Part shown: positions 40,738 to 50,743 of the stretch, piece after piece | Numbering within the stretch: position 1 is the stretch's first letter | How the letters are laid out: each line of letters starts with the position of its first letter | Notes under the pieces: model-generated | Told to the model about the DNA's origin: nothing | The model's input: only the letters and a program-made list of their open reading frames with translations | The model's database searches: none | Made by a program: the position numbers and the translations under genes | Assembly: GCA_964612665.1 (NCBI GenBank) | Contig: CAZTCI010000006.1 | Coordinates: 13,750-77,749, forward strand | Source: an uncultured Planctomycetales bacterium | GTDB taxonomy: Bacteria > Omnitrophota > Gorgyraeia > Zapsychrales > JAHFFX01 | Length of the DNA: 64,000 nt | Reading direction: 5' to 3'

Positions 40738-41652
40738 ATGAAGAAATCAATCTTATTATCTTTAGCCTTAATTGTGTTGGGTCTCTCGACACAGTCGGCT
40801 TATGCGGCCACAGTTCGTGTGGTTGCGACCATGACCGATCTGGCTGATTTAACGCGCAATATCGGTGGCGATAAAGTTGATGTCTACAGTCTCGCCACCG
40901 GAGTTGAAGATACGCATGGCGTTCCGATGAAGCCGAGTTTTGTCCCAAAGTTAAATCGGGCGGACCTGGTTGTGTTGGTTGGCCTAGATGCGGAACACGC
41001 GTTCCTGCCCGCTTTATTAGAAGCCAGCCGGAATCCACGTATTCAGAAAGGAAGTATAGGATACGTTGACTGCTCAAAAGGAATAACGCCCATCGACGTT
41101 CCTAAATCGACAGACCATTCAGAGGGCGATGTCCATCCTTACGGGAATCCGCATTATATGCTCGATCCTGTTTTGGCCAAGACGGCTATTGAAAATATTT
41201 ATAATGCGTTAGTTTCTGTTGATCCAAATGATCGAGAGGAGTTTACACGTAATCGTGATGCCTACTTGGCTAAACTCAACGCCAAGATCGCTGAATGGCA
41301 AAGTAAAGCACAGGTTCTTAAAGGTGTTAAGTTTGTTTCTTATCACGAACATTGGCCTTATTTCGCCGAACGTTTTTGCATGAGTTATTTCGGCACGATT
41401 GAACTCAAGCCAGGAATAGACCCGACGCCGCGGCATATCGAGGAATTGGTCTCAGCCATGAAGTCAGAACATGTTCCGATTGTCGTCCGTGAGCAAGAAT
41501 TTCCTGAGAAAGTTCCCGCGCTGATCGCCGCGCAGACCGGGGCAACGATGATCACCATGCCCATCATGCCGAAGGCATTGCCGAACACAGATACTTATAT
41601 CGACATGATGGATTACATTATCAATAAAATGATCGAAGCAAAAGGCAAGTAA
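40738..41652 (+). CDS. znuA: metal (zinc/manganese) ABC transporter substrate-binding protein, TroA/ZnuA family
   Basis: Signal peptide; His/Asp-rich metal-binding region (DHSEGDVHPYGNPHYMLDP) typical of cluster A-I SBPs; start placed at the internal Met with the signal peptide. Confidence 0.8.
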   Translation: MKKSILLSLALIVLGLSTQSAYAATVRVVATMTDLADLTRNIGGDKVDVYSLATGVEDTHGVPMKPSFVPKLNRADLVVLVGLDAEHAFLPALLEASRNPRIQKGSIGYVDCSKGITPIDVPKSTDHSEGDVHPYGNPHYMLDPVLAKTAIENIYNALVSVDPNDREEFTRNRDAYLAKLNAKIAEWQSKAQVLKGVKFVSYHEHWPYFAERFCMSYFGTIELKPGIDPTPRHIEELVSAMKSEHVPIVVREQEFPEKVPALIAAQTGATMITMPIMPKALPNTDTYIDMMDYIINKMIEAKGK

Positions 41653-41657
41653 AGGAT

Positions 41658-42374
41658 ATGCATCAGCCATTGATCACTTTGGATAACTTGAGCATCGGCT
41701 ATAACAATCAGCCGGTGCTATCCGGCATTTCGCTTTCGATTGATCAATCGAGTTTCACGACCATTCTCGGAACAAATGGGTCAGGGAAATCCACTCTGCT
41801 TAAAACTTTGCTCGGCATTCAACCGCCTCTTGCGGGAACCGTTCGTGTATCTGCAAACGGTGACCGGCTGATAATATTCGGTTATGTGCCGCAGGCTGTC
41901 GGACTGGATTCCCTGTACCCATTGACGGGATTCGATGTCGCGCTCATGGGCGTGTACCGGCGGGTGGGGCCGGGCCGGTTTGTTCCACCCTCCGAACGTT
42001 CTTTTGTTAAGGAATGTTTGTGTGCGACGGCCTCCGAAGAATTCGCCCACAAACGTTTTAGTGAACTCTCCGGCGGACAGAAACAACGCGTCTTGATCGC
42101 ACGGGCGTTAGCCACAAAGCCGGATATCCTCGTCTTGGATGAACCAACCGCCGGGGTTGACGCGGCCGCAACGCATACGCTGTTGGAGTTTATTTCACAA
42201 ATTCATCAAGAACGCCAGTTGACGATTTTATTAGTGACTCATGACTTGGCCATCGTACGCAAACGTTCACAATACGTTATCTGGTTGCACGATGGCAAAG
42301 TCCTTTCAGGCACCGTTCAAGAATTACTTACGCCAGAACGTATGACAGAAATCTTTGAAACGGAGATCAGTTAA
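41658..42374 (+). CDS. znuC: metal ABC transporter ATP-binding protein
   Basis: Walker A GTNGSGKST, signature LSGGQKQR, Walker B ILVLDEP. Confidence 0.85.
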   Translation: MHQPLITLDNLSIGYNNQPVLSGISLSIDQSSFTTILGTNGSGKSTLLKTLLGIQPPLAGTVRVSANGDRLIIFGYVPQAVGLDSLYPLTGFDVALMGVYRRVGPGRFVPPSERSFVKECLCATASEEFAHKRFSELSGGQKQRVLIARALATKPDILVLDEPTAGVDAAATHTLLEFISQIHQERQLTILLVTHDLAIVRKRSQYVIWLHDGKVLSGTVQELLTPERMTEIFETEIS

Positions 42375-43243
42375 TGGATGCGCTTCATCAAATTTGTTCA
42401 TTCGATTTTTTGTTACGCAATTCCGTTTATACGAGTGTCCTGATCGGGTTCGCCTGTCCTTTGATCGGTGTATTTCTTGTTCTGCGGCGGTTGGTTTTTA
42501 TGGGTGTGGCCTTGCCGCAAATCTCCTCGACGGGCGTCGCCGTATTCTTGTCACTGCCTTTGTGGTTGAATTTTCAAGTGACACAACAGAATCAACACGC
42601 ATTGGCGTTTTTTGGTTCTATTTTATTTTCACTCACAGCAATCCTTGTCTTGGCATTTCTGGAACGACGTGGGGGAGGCCTTCCCGAAGGCAGACTGGGG
42701 ACGCTATACATTGTAGCAACCGCGCTCAGCATTTTACTGTTATCCAAAAACCGCTTTGGTGAAGTCGGCTGGCTGGATCTTTTAAAAGGCGACGTGATCA
42801 CAATTTCCAACATGGATTTGATCATGACGGCGGTTGTGTTGTTTCTGGTTTTGACGGTGTTTAGTTTCTTTAATAAAGAATTATTATTAGTGTCTTATGA
42901 CCGGGTGTTGGCAATCACCCTCGGGAAAAACGTTATTTTGTGGGACGCGCTTCTTTACTTATTAATCGGACTGACAGTGTCGATCTCCGTACTAAGCGTC
43001 GGGCCTTTGATTGCTTTTGGATTTTTATTGATTCCCGCATTGACGGCACATTTATTTGCACGGAATATGCGCCAGTTTATGATTTTTGCTTCATTGTTGG
43101 GAGGAGCGGCCGCTTTTATAGGGTTTTGGCTGGCTTATCAATGGGATCTTCCCGTCGGACCAACGGATGTCGTTTTACTGGGAATGGTATATGCATCCGC
43201 ATTTGTCATTCACAAGCTCATTGCTTTGAAATCGAAGAAATAA
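42374..43243 (+). CDS. znuB: metal ABC transporter permease (ABC-3 family)
   Basis: 8-TM permease; start overlaps the znuC stop. Confidence 0.8.
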   Translation: MDALHQICSFDFLLRNSVYTSVLIGFACPLIGVFLVLRRLVFMGVALPQISSTGVAVFLSLPLWLNFQVTQQNQHALAFFGSILFSLTAILVLAFLERRGGGLPEGRLGTLYIVATALSILLLSKNRFGEVGWLDLLKGDVITISNMDLIMTAVVLFLVLTVFSFFNKELLLVSYDRVLAITLGKNVILWDALLYLLIGLTVSISVLSVGPLIAFGFLLIPALTAHLFARNMRQFMIFASLLGGAAAFIGFWLAYQWDLPVGPTDVVLLGMVYASAFVIHKLIALKSKK

Positions 43244-43281
43244 AATTATATAAAATGAAGAATCTATGCTAAAGTTTTTTC

Positions 43282-43638
43282 ATGCGCAAGATAGTTTTAT
43301 CGATCACTGCATTATTGTTTCTTATCTGGATTCTTCCTCTAGGGATTTTTATCAAACCTTCCCAAGAAAAATTAGCCTGTAACGGTCAGCGTGCGATTTG
43401 TTTGTGTTCTCATCTGATGGCAAAACAGTTAGCCAAGACCACCGGCAAGCCTATTTATAAGGGCGGTGGGACAACAGAACAAAAAGAGCACAGCGCCCCC
43501 GGTGGATCAAGTCATTATTTTTCTGTGGCACAAAAGAAGAATCAAATTAACAAACATTTTTCTTTTTATCATCAGCAACAATCCTGCCTTTACTCTCTCC
43601 TTGTTGCCCGTTCAATCGATCACGTCCCAAAAGCATAG
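43282..43638 (+). CDS. small Cys-containing membrane/secreted protein (CNGQRAICLCSH)
   Basis: ORF only; N-terminal TM. Confidence 0.3.
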   Translation: MRKIVLSITALLFLIWILPLGIFIKPSQEKLACNGQRAICLCSHLMAKQLAKTTGKPIYKGGGTTEQKEHSAPGGSSHYFSVAQKKNQINKHFSFYHQQQSCLYSLLVARSIDHVPKA

Positions 43639-43690
43639 TCCTTCTTGTTCTTCATCCTGAGAACTTTCCTAACATTTTCTAAAAGAGGGA

Positions 43691-44632
43691 GTGTCTATGC
43701 TTAAATCTATTCGTATTATTTTATTTTTAGTCTTTTTCTTAACCTCGGCCAAAATAATCTGGGCTTGTGAAATATGTGGTTGTGCCTTAAGCCGTCCTGA
43801 TCAACAGATGAACAATAAGCCGTGGTTTGTGGAATACGTTTTTGAACAGCAAAACTGGCATAAAAGAGATGTCAGTTATGCGTTTGATTTGGGACAGAAT
43901 GGCCATGATACCCATGACAAAACGACAGAAGATTTCCATCATTATCTCCTTGGCGCTCATGTCGGTGAAAAGATTTTAATTACAGCCGAAATTCCTTACG
44001 TTGTCCGTCGGGCCTTAAATGTTGAAGACCCTGATCATTTGGGAGATCATCAACGCTCACAAGGATGGGGAGACCTGCAGGCAACAGGAGAATACGATTT
44101 TGTCAAAAAACATAATCAAACAATCGGTTTATTAACGGGGGTAAAATTTCCAACCGGAACCACCAAAGAGAAAAATACCGAAGGCGAACAATTTGAGCCC
44201 GAGATGCAGCCGGGCAGCGGCTCTTACGATTATCTTTGGGGAGGAGTTTACCATCAAATTTGGAATCAGTGGATGCTTTCGGCCAATGCTGTTTATACAC
44301 TGAAGACAACGGGCGCGGCTGATTTTCGTTTCGGGAATTCGTTTTCAACAACGGCAGATTTGGATTATTTAATCAATCCATTAAGCCAGAAAGTCAGGAT
44401 CAAACCCGGGGTTCAAATGAATTATACACACGAAGCTCGTCAGATTGATCACGGAGAAAAGGTGGAAGATAGCGGAGCCGATACAATATTCTTGGGGCCC
44501 ATTTTAAGTCTTGATCTGAGTAAAAATTCTACAATATTCAGCTCTTTTCAAAGTCCGATCTATCAGCATACGGGTGGCGTTCATCAAGAGTTGAATTGGA
44601 CATGGACAGTCGGAGGAAAAGTCAGCTGGTAA
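43691..44632 (+). CDS. secreted His/Asp-rich protein, probable small outer-membrane beta-barrel (C-terminal ...KVSW)
   Basis: Signal peptide followed by a CEICGC motif; multiple His-rich patches; C-terminal aromatic residue. Confidence 0.4.
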   Translation: MSMLKSIRIILFLVFFLTSAKIIWACEICGCALSRPDQQMNNKPWFVEYVFEQQNWHKRDVSYAFDLGQNGHDTHDKTTEDFHHYLLGAHVGEKILITAEIPYVVRRALNVEDPDHLGDHQRSQGWGDLQATGEYDFVKKHNQTIGLLTGVKFPTGTTKEKNTEGEQFEPEMQPGSGSYDYLWGGVYHQIWNQWMLSANAVYTLKTTGAADFRFGNSFSTTADLDYLINPLSQKVRIKPGVQMNYTHEARQIDHGEKVEDSGADTIFLGPILSLDLSKNSTIFSSFQSPIYQHTGGVHQELNWTWTVGGKVSW

Positions 44633-44645
44633 CGTATCCATCAAC

Positions 44646-45038
44646 TCAACCAATGTTTTTCCAAAGAGTGATTTGTTGATCCCAGTCGGACTCAGCAATG
44701 ATAGGACGGATGTCTTGGACGGTGATCCGTTTGATTTTGTCTGAATTATCGAGAAGTATTTCGTTTTGAATGGCAGGAGCGAGGTTAAGCAGACTCACGA
44801 TTTGACTTAAACGGGATTTGGTCAGGTTAAGCCACTGTGCGACTTGTTTAAAGTCTTTGGCCTTTCCGTCGCTAATGAGCTGTTCCACTTGATAGGCGAG
44901 GATGAGGCTTTGACGCAGACGCGGTTCATTACGGATTGATTTGCGCTTATTTTTAAGGCGAACATTCTTCAATTGTATAAGCGGTACATTGAAATCAAAC
45001 TGAAGCGGCAGGCTCATCTGGCTCCTTTTTCGGATCAA
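44646..45038 (-). CDS. small ParB/KorB-like HTH domain protein
   Basis: ...LTKSRLSQIVSLLNLAPAIQNEIL matches the ParB HTH signature (GKSRSxVxNxLRLLxLPxxVQ); overlaps the 3' end of the recombinase gene. Confidence 0.5.
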   Translation of the reverse strand: MIRKRSQMSLPLQFDFNVPLIQLKNVRLKNKRKSIRNEPRLRQSLILAYQVEQLISDGKAKDFKQVAQWLNLTKSRLSQIVSLLNLAPAIQNEILLDNSDKIKRITVQDIRPIIAESDWDQQITLWKNIG

Positions 45039-46377
45039 AGTTCATCCCGCATAAAAGTTTGATACCCGCTTCATTGAATACGAGACTCAAATTTTGCGTC
45101 GGCGCGTCATAGTCTATTCGTTTTAGCAATGTTCTAAGGAATCGCCCTTTCTCCTCGGGAAATAATTGATCCCACAAAGGCGAATTGATCAAAAAGACCT
45201 GTTTAAGTTTTGCCATCGTGACGGGCTGTGCTTTTGGATCAATTTGGTTGACCGCATTTAGGATTTCTTTCAAAGCGCCGTCATTATTGAGGACTGTTTT
45301 GATCAACTCGATGACTTTGTTCTCGGTATGCTCCGCGCTTAACAGGCGCGTCGGGCAGGAGTGATAGCCGCGTTTTTGGGCTTTGGAACACAAATAGTAA
45401 TGGTATTTGCGGCCCCTTTTGAGAGTATAAATGGAAAACATGGAACAATCACAGCTTTTGCAACGTAAAAGACGGCTGAGCAAACTACTGACGGGCTTTT
45501 TGTGAGGAATGTGTATTTCGCGCCTATTATTTTCAAGGATGGCTTGGGCTTTTTGGAATGTCTCAAGCGAAATAACCGCTTCGTGCTGGCCGTCGTAAAG
45601 TTCGTTTTGGTATTTGACCTTTCCGGCGTACAGAACGTTCCTAATAATAAGTTGAACGCCGCTATTGGTAAATTGTATCCCGCCGAATTTTGAACCTTTG
45701 GCCGACGTGAACTGCTTGGTTTTGTATTCCTTTTCATTGAGAATTCTGGCCACTTTATGAAGCGATTGTATTTCTAAATAAAGGTCGAAAGTCTCTTTAA
45801 CTATTTTAGCCTCGTTTGGGTTCAGGACGAGTTTGTGATTTTTGGTGTCCAGATCATAACCTAATGGAGGACGGCCGCCGATAAAACGGCCTTTCTTTTT
45901 GGCGGCGCCCATTTTGTCGCGTGTGCGTTCGCTGATAATTTCACGTTCGAATTGAGCGAAGGACAAAAGAATGTTGAGCGTCAAACGGCCCATGGATGAA
46001 TTGGTATTAAAGTGCTGGGTGACGGAAACAAAAGTTACGTGGTTTTGTTCGAAGAATTCCAGAAGCTGGGTAAAATCAAGCAGGGAACGAGAAAGACGGT
46101 CAACTTTGTAGACGACAACACAGTTGATGTTGCCTTCCTTAATATTATCGATCAAACGCTGAAGGGCGGGACGATCAGTATTGGCCCCGGTGAATCCGCC
46201 GTCATCGTAACGTTGGGGATAAACTTCCCAGTTATGTGATTTCTGGCTTTGGATGTAGCTTTCGGCCGACTCGCGCTGGGCGTCCAGCGAACTGAATTCC
46301 TGCGCCAGCCCTTCAGCGGTTGATACGCGCGTATAAATCGCGCACAGGATTTTTTGTTTTGGTTTTTCTTCTTCCAT
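44995..46377 (-). CDS. large serine recombinase (resolvase catalytic domain + recombinase domain + zinc-ribbon/coiled-coil)
   Basis: N-terminal YTRVST catalytic Ser region; recombinase domain; Cys cluster CKSCDCSM...YYLCSKAQKRGYHSCP. Confidence 0.85.
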   Translation of the reverse strand: MEEEKPKQKILCAIYTRVSTAEGLAQEFSSLDAQRESAESYIQSQKSHNWEVYPQRYDDGGFTGANTDRPALQRLIDNIKEGNINCVVVYKVDRLSRSLLDFTQLLEFFEQNHVTFVSVTQHFNTNSSMGRLTLNILLSFAQFEREIISERTRDKMGAAKKKGRFIGGRPPLGYDLDTKNHKLVLNPNEAKIVKETFDLYLEIQSLHKVARILNEKEYKTKQFTSAKGSKFGGIQFTNSGVQLIIRNVLYAGKVKYQNELYDGQHEAVISLETFQKAQAILENNRREIHIPHKKPVSSLLSRLLRCKSCDCSMFSIYTLKRGRKYHYYLCSKAQKRGYHSCPTRLLSAEHTENKVIELIKTVLNNDGALKEILNAVNQIDPKAQPVTMAKLKQVFLINSPLWDQLFPEEKGRFLRTLLKRIDYDAPTQNLSLVFNEAGIKLLCGMNFDPKKEPDEPAASV

Positions 46378-46381
46378 AAAA

Positions 46382-46843
46382 CTATTCCGTTAATCCGAAA
46401 AACAAAAATCCGTTCCATGTCATTCCGGTAATCTCATTGGCTATTCCGGAAAGCGAACGGTATACCTTGCCTTTGTACTCGAAGCCTTTGTCCAAAACTT
46501 TGACCTCGAGCTTCTTCCCTTTATATACCTTGGCAATAACGGTGCCGGGAATGGGCAAGCGCGGATCTCTGCGGGATCTGACGATGCCTTTCGAAGGCTT
46601 CGCGCTGTTGTTGACCGGATCGTGTTTGCGAATAAGCGACTCGGCCTTGTCCTTGGCGGCCTGACTTAATCCGCCGTGTTTCAATTCCTGCAGTTTGAAG
46701 ATGATCCTTTTGACAAGAAACGTCCTGTTGGAAGGAACCACCTTTTTGTCCCCGTAGAGTTTTTGGTATTTTTCTTTCAACTCCTTCATCGGCTTATTAT
46801 TCAAAGCCAACGCCTCTTTTAAAAACTCCTCTTGGTTGGTCAT
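46382..46843 (-). CDS. DUF2924-like protein commonly paired with serine recombinases
   Basis: C-terminal ...YKGKKLEVKVLDKGFEYKGKVYRSLSGIANEITGMTWNGFLFFG pattern; positioned immediately upstream of the recombinase in the same operon. Confidence 0.5.
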   Translation of the reverse strand: MTNQEEFLKEALALNNKPMKELKEKYQKLYGDKKVVPSNRTFLVKRIIFKLQELKHGGLSQAAKDKAESLIRKHDPVNNSAKPSKGIVRSRRDPRLPIPGTVIAKVYKGKKLEVKVLDKGFEYKGKVYRSLSGIANEITGMTWNGFLFFGLTE

Positions 46844-46885
46844 TTCACAGCCTCCTTTCGTTACTCATATATAGGCATACAATCT

Positions 46886-46945
46886 GGCACATAGCAAGGT
46901 GATAAAAGAGCCATTCTCCGTCGGTGGATGCCTTGCTATGTGGCC
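46886..46945. promoter_or_regulatory. 13/14-bp inverted repeat (GGCACATAGCAAGG ... CCTTGCTATGTGGCC) in the divergent promoter region between the recombinase operon and the cargo operon
   Basis: Read directly; arms separated by about 31 nt. Confidence 0.35.
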
Positions 46946-46977
46946 AAAGCTATGGATGTATTGTGATGAGGAGGTGA

Positions 46978-47268
46978 TTGCCGATGGCAATCGTTATAAA
47001 GGAAGCCGATGATGAGTTGGGCGTAGAAGAGAAATTGATCGCTTTAAAAATTCTGCTGGTGATTTATTTGCACGATAAGCGATATCTTGAGGCTTTGGAT
47101 GATATAGAGGAGCTTCTGGCAGATTCAGAGATGCAAGAACACAGAGAATATTTGATTTTAAAACAGTGTGAAGTTAGAAATATCATGGCAGAGTTATCAA
47201 ATAATCGGAGGCCAAGATTTTGGAGAAGGTGTGCAGGATTTTTAATTGATTTATCTTTCCTTTTGTAG
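46978..47268 (+). CDS. hypothetical acidic small protein (96 aa)
   Basis: GAGGAGG RBS; followed by a terminator. Confidence 0.4.
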   Translation: MPMAIVIKEADDELGVEEKLIALKILLVIYLHDKRYLEALDDIEELLADSEMQEHREYLILKQCEVRNIMAELSNNRRPRFWRRCAGFLIDLSFLL

Positions 47269-47336
47269 TATAAAAAACGAAAAGAGTTGAATGATAGTCC
47301 CGCGTTGAAGGGGGAACCTGGACTTTAAAAAAGTAA

Positions 47337-47376
47337 AACCTTCGTTGGGCGCAGAATGCCTAGCGAAGGTTTTTTA
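47337..47376 (+). terminator. rho-independent terminator (AACCTTCG...CGAAGGTT + T6)
   Basis: Inverted repeat and T-run. Confidence 0.6.
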
Positions 47377-47466
47377 TTTGTTCCGTAGCCTTTCAAAAAG
47401 TTTGGAAATCTAAATGATCTTTGTTACAATATGTAACAATTTAGACAATAATAATAAGGGTCTAAC

Positions 47467-47655
47467 ATGGTAACAAAAGATGTTTTAACTGTAGAAGAAC
47501 TCGCTGAACATTTGCGCATTCATCCATATACGGCCAGACGCTTAGCCCGGGCAGGGAAACTCCCGGGCTTTAAAGTTGGTGGGCAGTGGAGGTTTGATAT
47601 CAATCAAATAAACGCTTCTTTTAATTATCCTTCAAAGAAGAAAAAGAAATCTTAA
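47467..47655 (+). CDS. excisionase-family (MerR-like) HTH DNA-binding protein
   Basis: LTVEELAEHLRIHPYTARRLARAGKLPGFKVGGQWRF matches the excisionase-family HTH. Confidence 0.6.
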   Translation: MVTKDVLTVEELAEHLRIHPYTARRLARAGKLPGFKVGGQWRFDINQINASFNYPSKKKKKS

Positions 47656-47665
47656 AGAGATAAAA

Positions 47666-50600
47666 ATGGCTTTCAATGAAAATACCAGAGTAAAAATTCC
47701 GGCAATTTTGCATTTATGCAGGTTGGGATTTCAATATCTTTCGTTAGCTAATGCCAAGTGGGATATCAACACCAATATCTTCCCAGATATTTTCTCTACG
47801 AGTATTAAATCGATTAATTCCGATAAAGATTTGAATGACAACGATATTAAAAAAGCGCTTGAAGATATTTCCTTGTGCCTAGACAACGAAGATTTAGGAG
47901 AAGAGTTTCATAAATGCCTTATCGCAACATCAGGAATCAAGCTGATTGATTTTAACGATTTTAATAAGAATAGTTTTCATGTCGTTACAGAGCTCACATA
48001 TAAGAATGGTGATGATGAGTTTAGACCGGACATAACACTTTTAATAAACGGAATGCCGCTGGCGTTTATTGAAGTCAAGAAGCCCAATAATCATGAGGGC
48101 ATACTGGCAGAGAGGGAACGGATCAACACAAGATTTAAAAACAAAAAATTCAGAAAATTTATCAACATTTTGCAGGTATTGGTCTTTTCCAACAACATGG
48201 AATATGACCACGATTCGATCGAGCCCATTCAGGGAACTTTTTACGCTTCGCCTTCCTATGGCGATGCAATTTTCAACTGCTTTAGAGAAGAAGATCCAGA
48301 GCCCATTTGTTCACTTAAAGCGGAAGATGATGCGATCGAGAATTTTATTCTGAAGGACAACAATCTCTCTGCGATTAAACATTCCCCAGAATTTATCACG
48401 AACAAATCAATAAACGCTCCTACCAACAGAATTATTTCTTCGCTATTCTGTCGTGAACGATTTTCGCTGCTTTTGAAATATTGCATTGCGTATGTGCAAG
48501 AATCAAAAGGAATAGAGAAGCACATTATGCGCTATCCGCAGTTGTTCGCCATGAGGGCGATTGCGCATAAAATCGACAAGGGAACAAAGAAGGGGATTAT
48601 TTGGCATACGCAAGGAAGTGGCAAGACAGCATTATCGTACTATAACGTCCATTTTTTGACTGATTACTTCCAGAAAAAAGGCGTTGTGCCTAAGTTTTAT
48701 TTTATAGTGGATCGTCTTGATTTGATGATTCAGGCAAAACGTGAGTTTACGATTAGAGGATTGACAGTTTCAACAGTAAATTCGAAAGAGGAGCTATTAA
48801 ATCATTTCAGGTTAAAGCAGGCTATTCATAATTTGTCCGGCAAAAGGGAGATCACCGTTGTCAATATTCAAAAATTTAAAGATGACTCAGATGTTTTGCG
48901 TGCGAATGATTACGATTTAAATATCCAGCGCGTATATTTTCTTGATGAAGTCCATCGAAGCTACAACCCAACCGGCAGTTTCTTGGCAAACCTTTTTAGT
49001 TCAGACAGAAACGCAATATTAATTGGTTTAACCGGAACCCCACTTATTTTATCTGATCGGCGGTCACGAGATATTTTTGGGGATTATATCCATAAATATT
49101 ATTACAATGCCTCTATTGCTGATGGGTATACATTGCGTTTGATACGAGAGGGAATTGAAACAAATTACAAGATTCAATTGGAGCAAGCGCTCAGACAGGT
49201 TGAGATTTTAAAAGGTGATGCGGATCGGCGTGTTGTTTATGCTCATGAGAAATTTGTTGAGCCAATGCTGGATTACATTATTCAAGATTTTATTAAAAGT
49301 AGGATTCGTTTCGGTGATCATTCCATTGGAGCTATGGTTGTTTGTGATAGTGCGGATCAGGCAAGAGAGTTATTTGATATATTCGTTGGTAAGTATAACC
49401 CCGAACAAGGAACAATAAATCCAGACCGTTCCATCCGAGTCGAAGATCCAACCACAGAATATAGCTCTTATCAAAAAACGCATGGTCATCTTGTCAGCTC
49501 TTTAATTTTGCATGATGTGGGATCAACCGATGACCGCAAACAAGAGATAGATGACTTTAAAGACGGAAAGATCGACATTCTGTTTGTATATAACATGCTT
49601 CTTACGGGTTTTGATGCTAAGCGTTTAAAGAAGCTTTATTTGGGACGCATTATAAAAGACCACAACTTATTGCAAACCCTAACACGCGTTAATCGTCCAT
49701 ATAAGAAATTTAGATATGGGTATGTGGTTGACTTTGCCGATATCCGTAAAGAATTTGAGGTGACCAACAAAGCCTATTTTGACGAATTGCAGGCCGAACT
49801 AGGCGATGAAATAAAGACGTATTCCAATCTTTTTAAATCGAAAGAAGAAATCGAGAAAGAGATCGCCGATATTAAAGAAAAACTTTTTCATTATGATTTG
49901 GTCAATGCCGAAATATTTTCGCAACAAATCAGCCAAATTGAAGACCGCAAGAAGGTATTGGAGATCAAGAAGGCCTTGGAAAACGCTCGAAACCTTTACA
50001 ATGTGATCCGTCTTTTTGGTCACGTTGAACTTCTTGAGAAGGTTGATTTTAAGAAATTAAATCAGCTTTATAACGAAACAGCCCGGCACCTTGATTTGCT
50101 TAACTTAAAGGAAACTGTCCAAAATAGCGTTGATACAACTAATTTGCTGAATGTGGCTTTAGAGAACGTAATTTTTATGTTCCGAAAAGTTTCCGAAGAA
50201 GAAATGGTCATTGCTGATCAACTTAAAGATATGCTTCGCAAGACACGTGAAGCATTAGGCAATAATTTTGACAAGAAAGCCCCGGAGTTTGTATTTCTAT
50301 ACGATGAATTAAAGCGTTTGTTTGATAAGAAGAATTTGGACGAAATATCCCAAGAGGAGATGAAGCAAAACATTGCTTCTTTACAGCAGATATATGACAA
50401 GGTAACGGAGCTTAATCGCCAGAACAATCTTCTTAAAGCAAAATATGAGAACGATGAGAAGTATGCCCGTGTTCATAAGAGGATTTTGGAGAAAGGGTCA
50501 ATTGCAAAACAGGAGAGCGAGATTTGCGGTGCTTTATTAAATATAAAGAAGCAGGCTGATGAAAAGATTCTCAGTAATACCCGAATTTTAGATAACGAAA

Positions 50601-50743
50601 GCTATTTTAACGGCATGCTTTTTCCAATGACAATAAACGGGTTTGAGAGCATTGATATTGAGCTTGATCCGGATTCAGCTGATTTTATCAATGCTTGTGT
50701 GGCCAAAGAATATATGAATGAGTATGAAGGGGCAGGGATCTAA
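47666..50743 (+). CDS. hsdR: type I restriction enzyme R subunit
   Basis: N-terminal PD-(D/E)xK nuclease core (PDITLLINGMPLAFIEVKKPN); helicase motif I GIIWHTQGSGKT; DEAH-like FLDEVHRS; 1025 aa. Confidence 0.85.
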   Translation: MAFNENTRVKIPAILHLCRLGFQYLSLANAKWDINTNIFPDIFSTSIKSINSDKDLNDNDIKKALEDISLCLDNEDLGEEFHKCLIATSGIKLIDFNDFNKNSFHVVTELTYKNGDDEFRPDITLLINGMPLAFIEVKKPNNHEGILAERERINTRFKNKKFRKFINILQVLVFSNNMEYDHDSIEPIQGTFYASPSYGDAIFNCFREEDPEPICSLKAEDDAIENFILKDNNLSAIKHSPEFITNKSINAPTNRIISSLFCRERFSLLLKYCIAYVQESKGIEKHIMRYPQLFAMRAIAHKIDKGTKKGIIWHTQGSGKTALSYYNVHFLTDYFQKKGVVPKFYFIVDRLDLMIQAKREFTIRGLTVSTVNSKEELLNHFRLKQAIHNLSGKREITVVNIQKFKDDSDVLRANDYDLNIQRVYFLDEVHRSYNPTGSFLANLFSSDRNAILIGLTGTPLILSDRRSRDIFGDYIHKYYYNASIADGYTLRLIREGIETNYKIQLEQALRQVEILKGDADRRVVYAHEKFVEPMLDYIIQDFIKSRIRFGDHSIGAMVVCDSADQARELFDIFVGKYNPEQGTINPDRSIRVEDPTTEYSSYQKTHGHLVSSLILHDVGSTDDRKQEIDDFKDGKIDILFVYNMLLTGFDAKRLKKLYLGRIIKDHNLLQTLTRVNRPYKKFRYGYVVDFADIRKEFEVTNKAYFDELQAELGDEIKTYSNLFKSKEEIEKEIADIKEKLFHYDLVNAEIFSQQISQIEDRKKVLEIKKALENARNLYNVIRLFGHVELLEKVDFKKLNQLYNETARHLDLLNLKETVQNSVDTTNLLNVALENVIFMFRKVSEEEMVIADQLKDMLRKTREALGNNFDKKAPEFVFLYDELKRLFDKKNLDEISQEEMKQNIASLQQIYDKVTELNRQNNLLKAKYENDEKYARVHKRILEKGSIAKQESEICGALLNIKKQADEKILSNTRILDNESYFNGMLFPMTINGFESIDIELDPDSADFINACVAKEYMNEYEGAGI

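Noticed and set aside
42355-42762. 135-aa plus-strand ORF and other alternate-frame ORFs inside znuB/znuC (41464-41670, 41781-42115, 42592-42825, 42940-43272)
   Set aside because: They overlap strongly supported ABC transporter genes in other frames and are low-complexity Arg/Cys-rich, typical of GC-rich off-frame translation.
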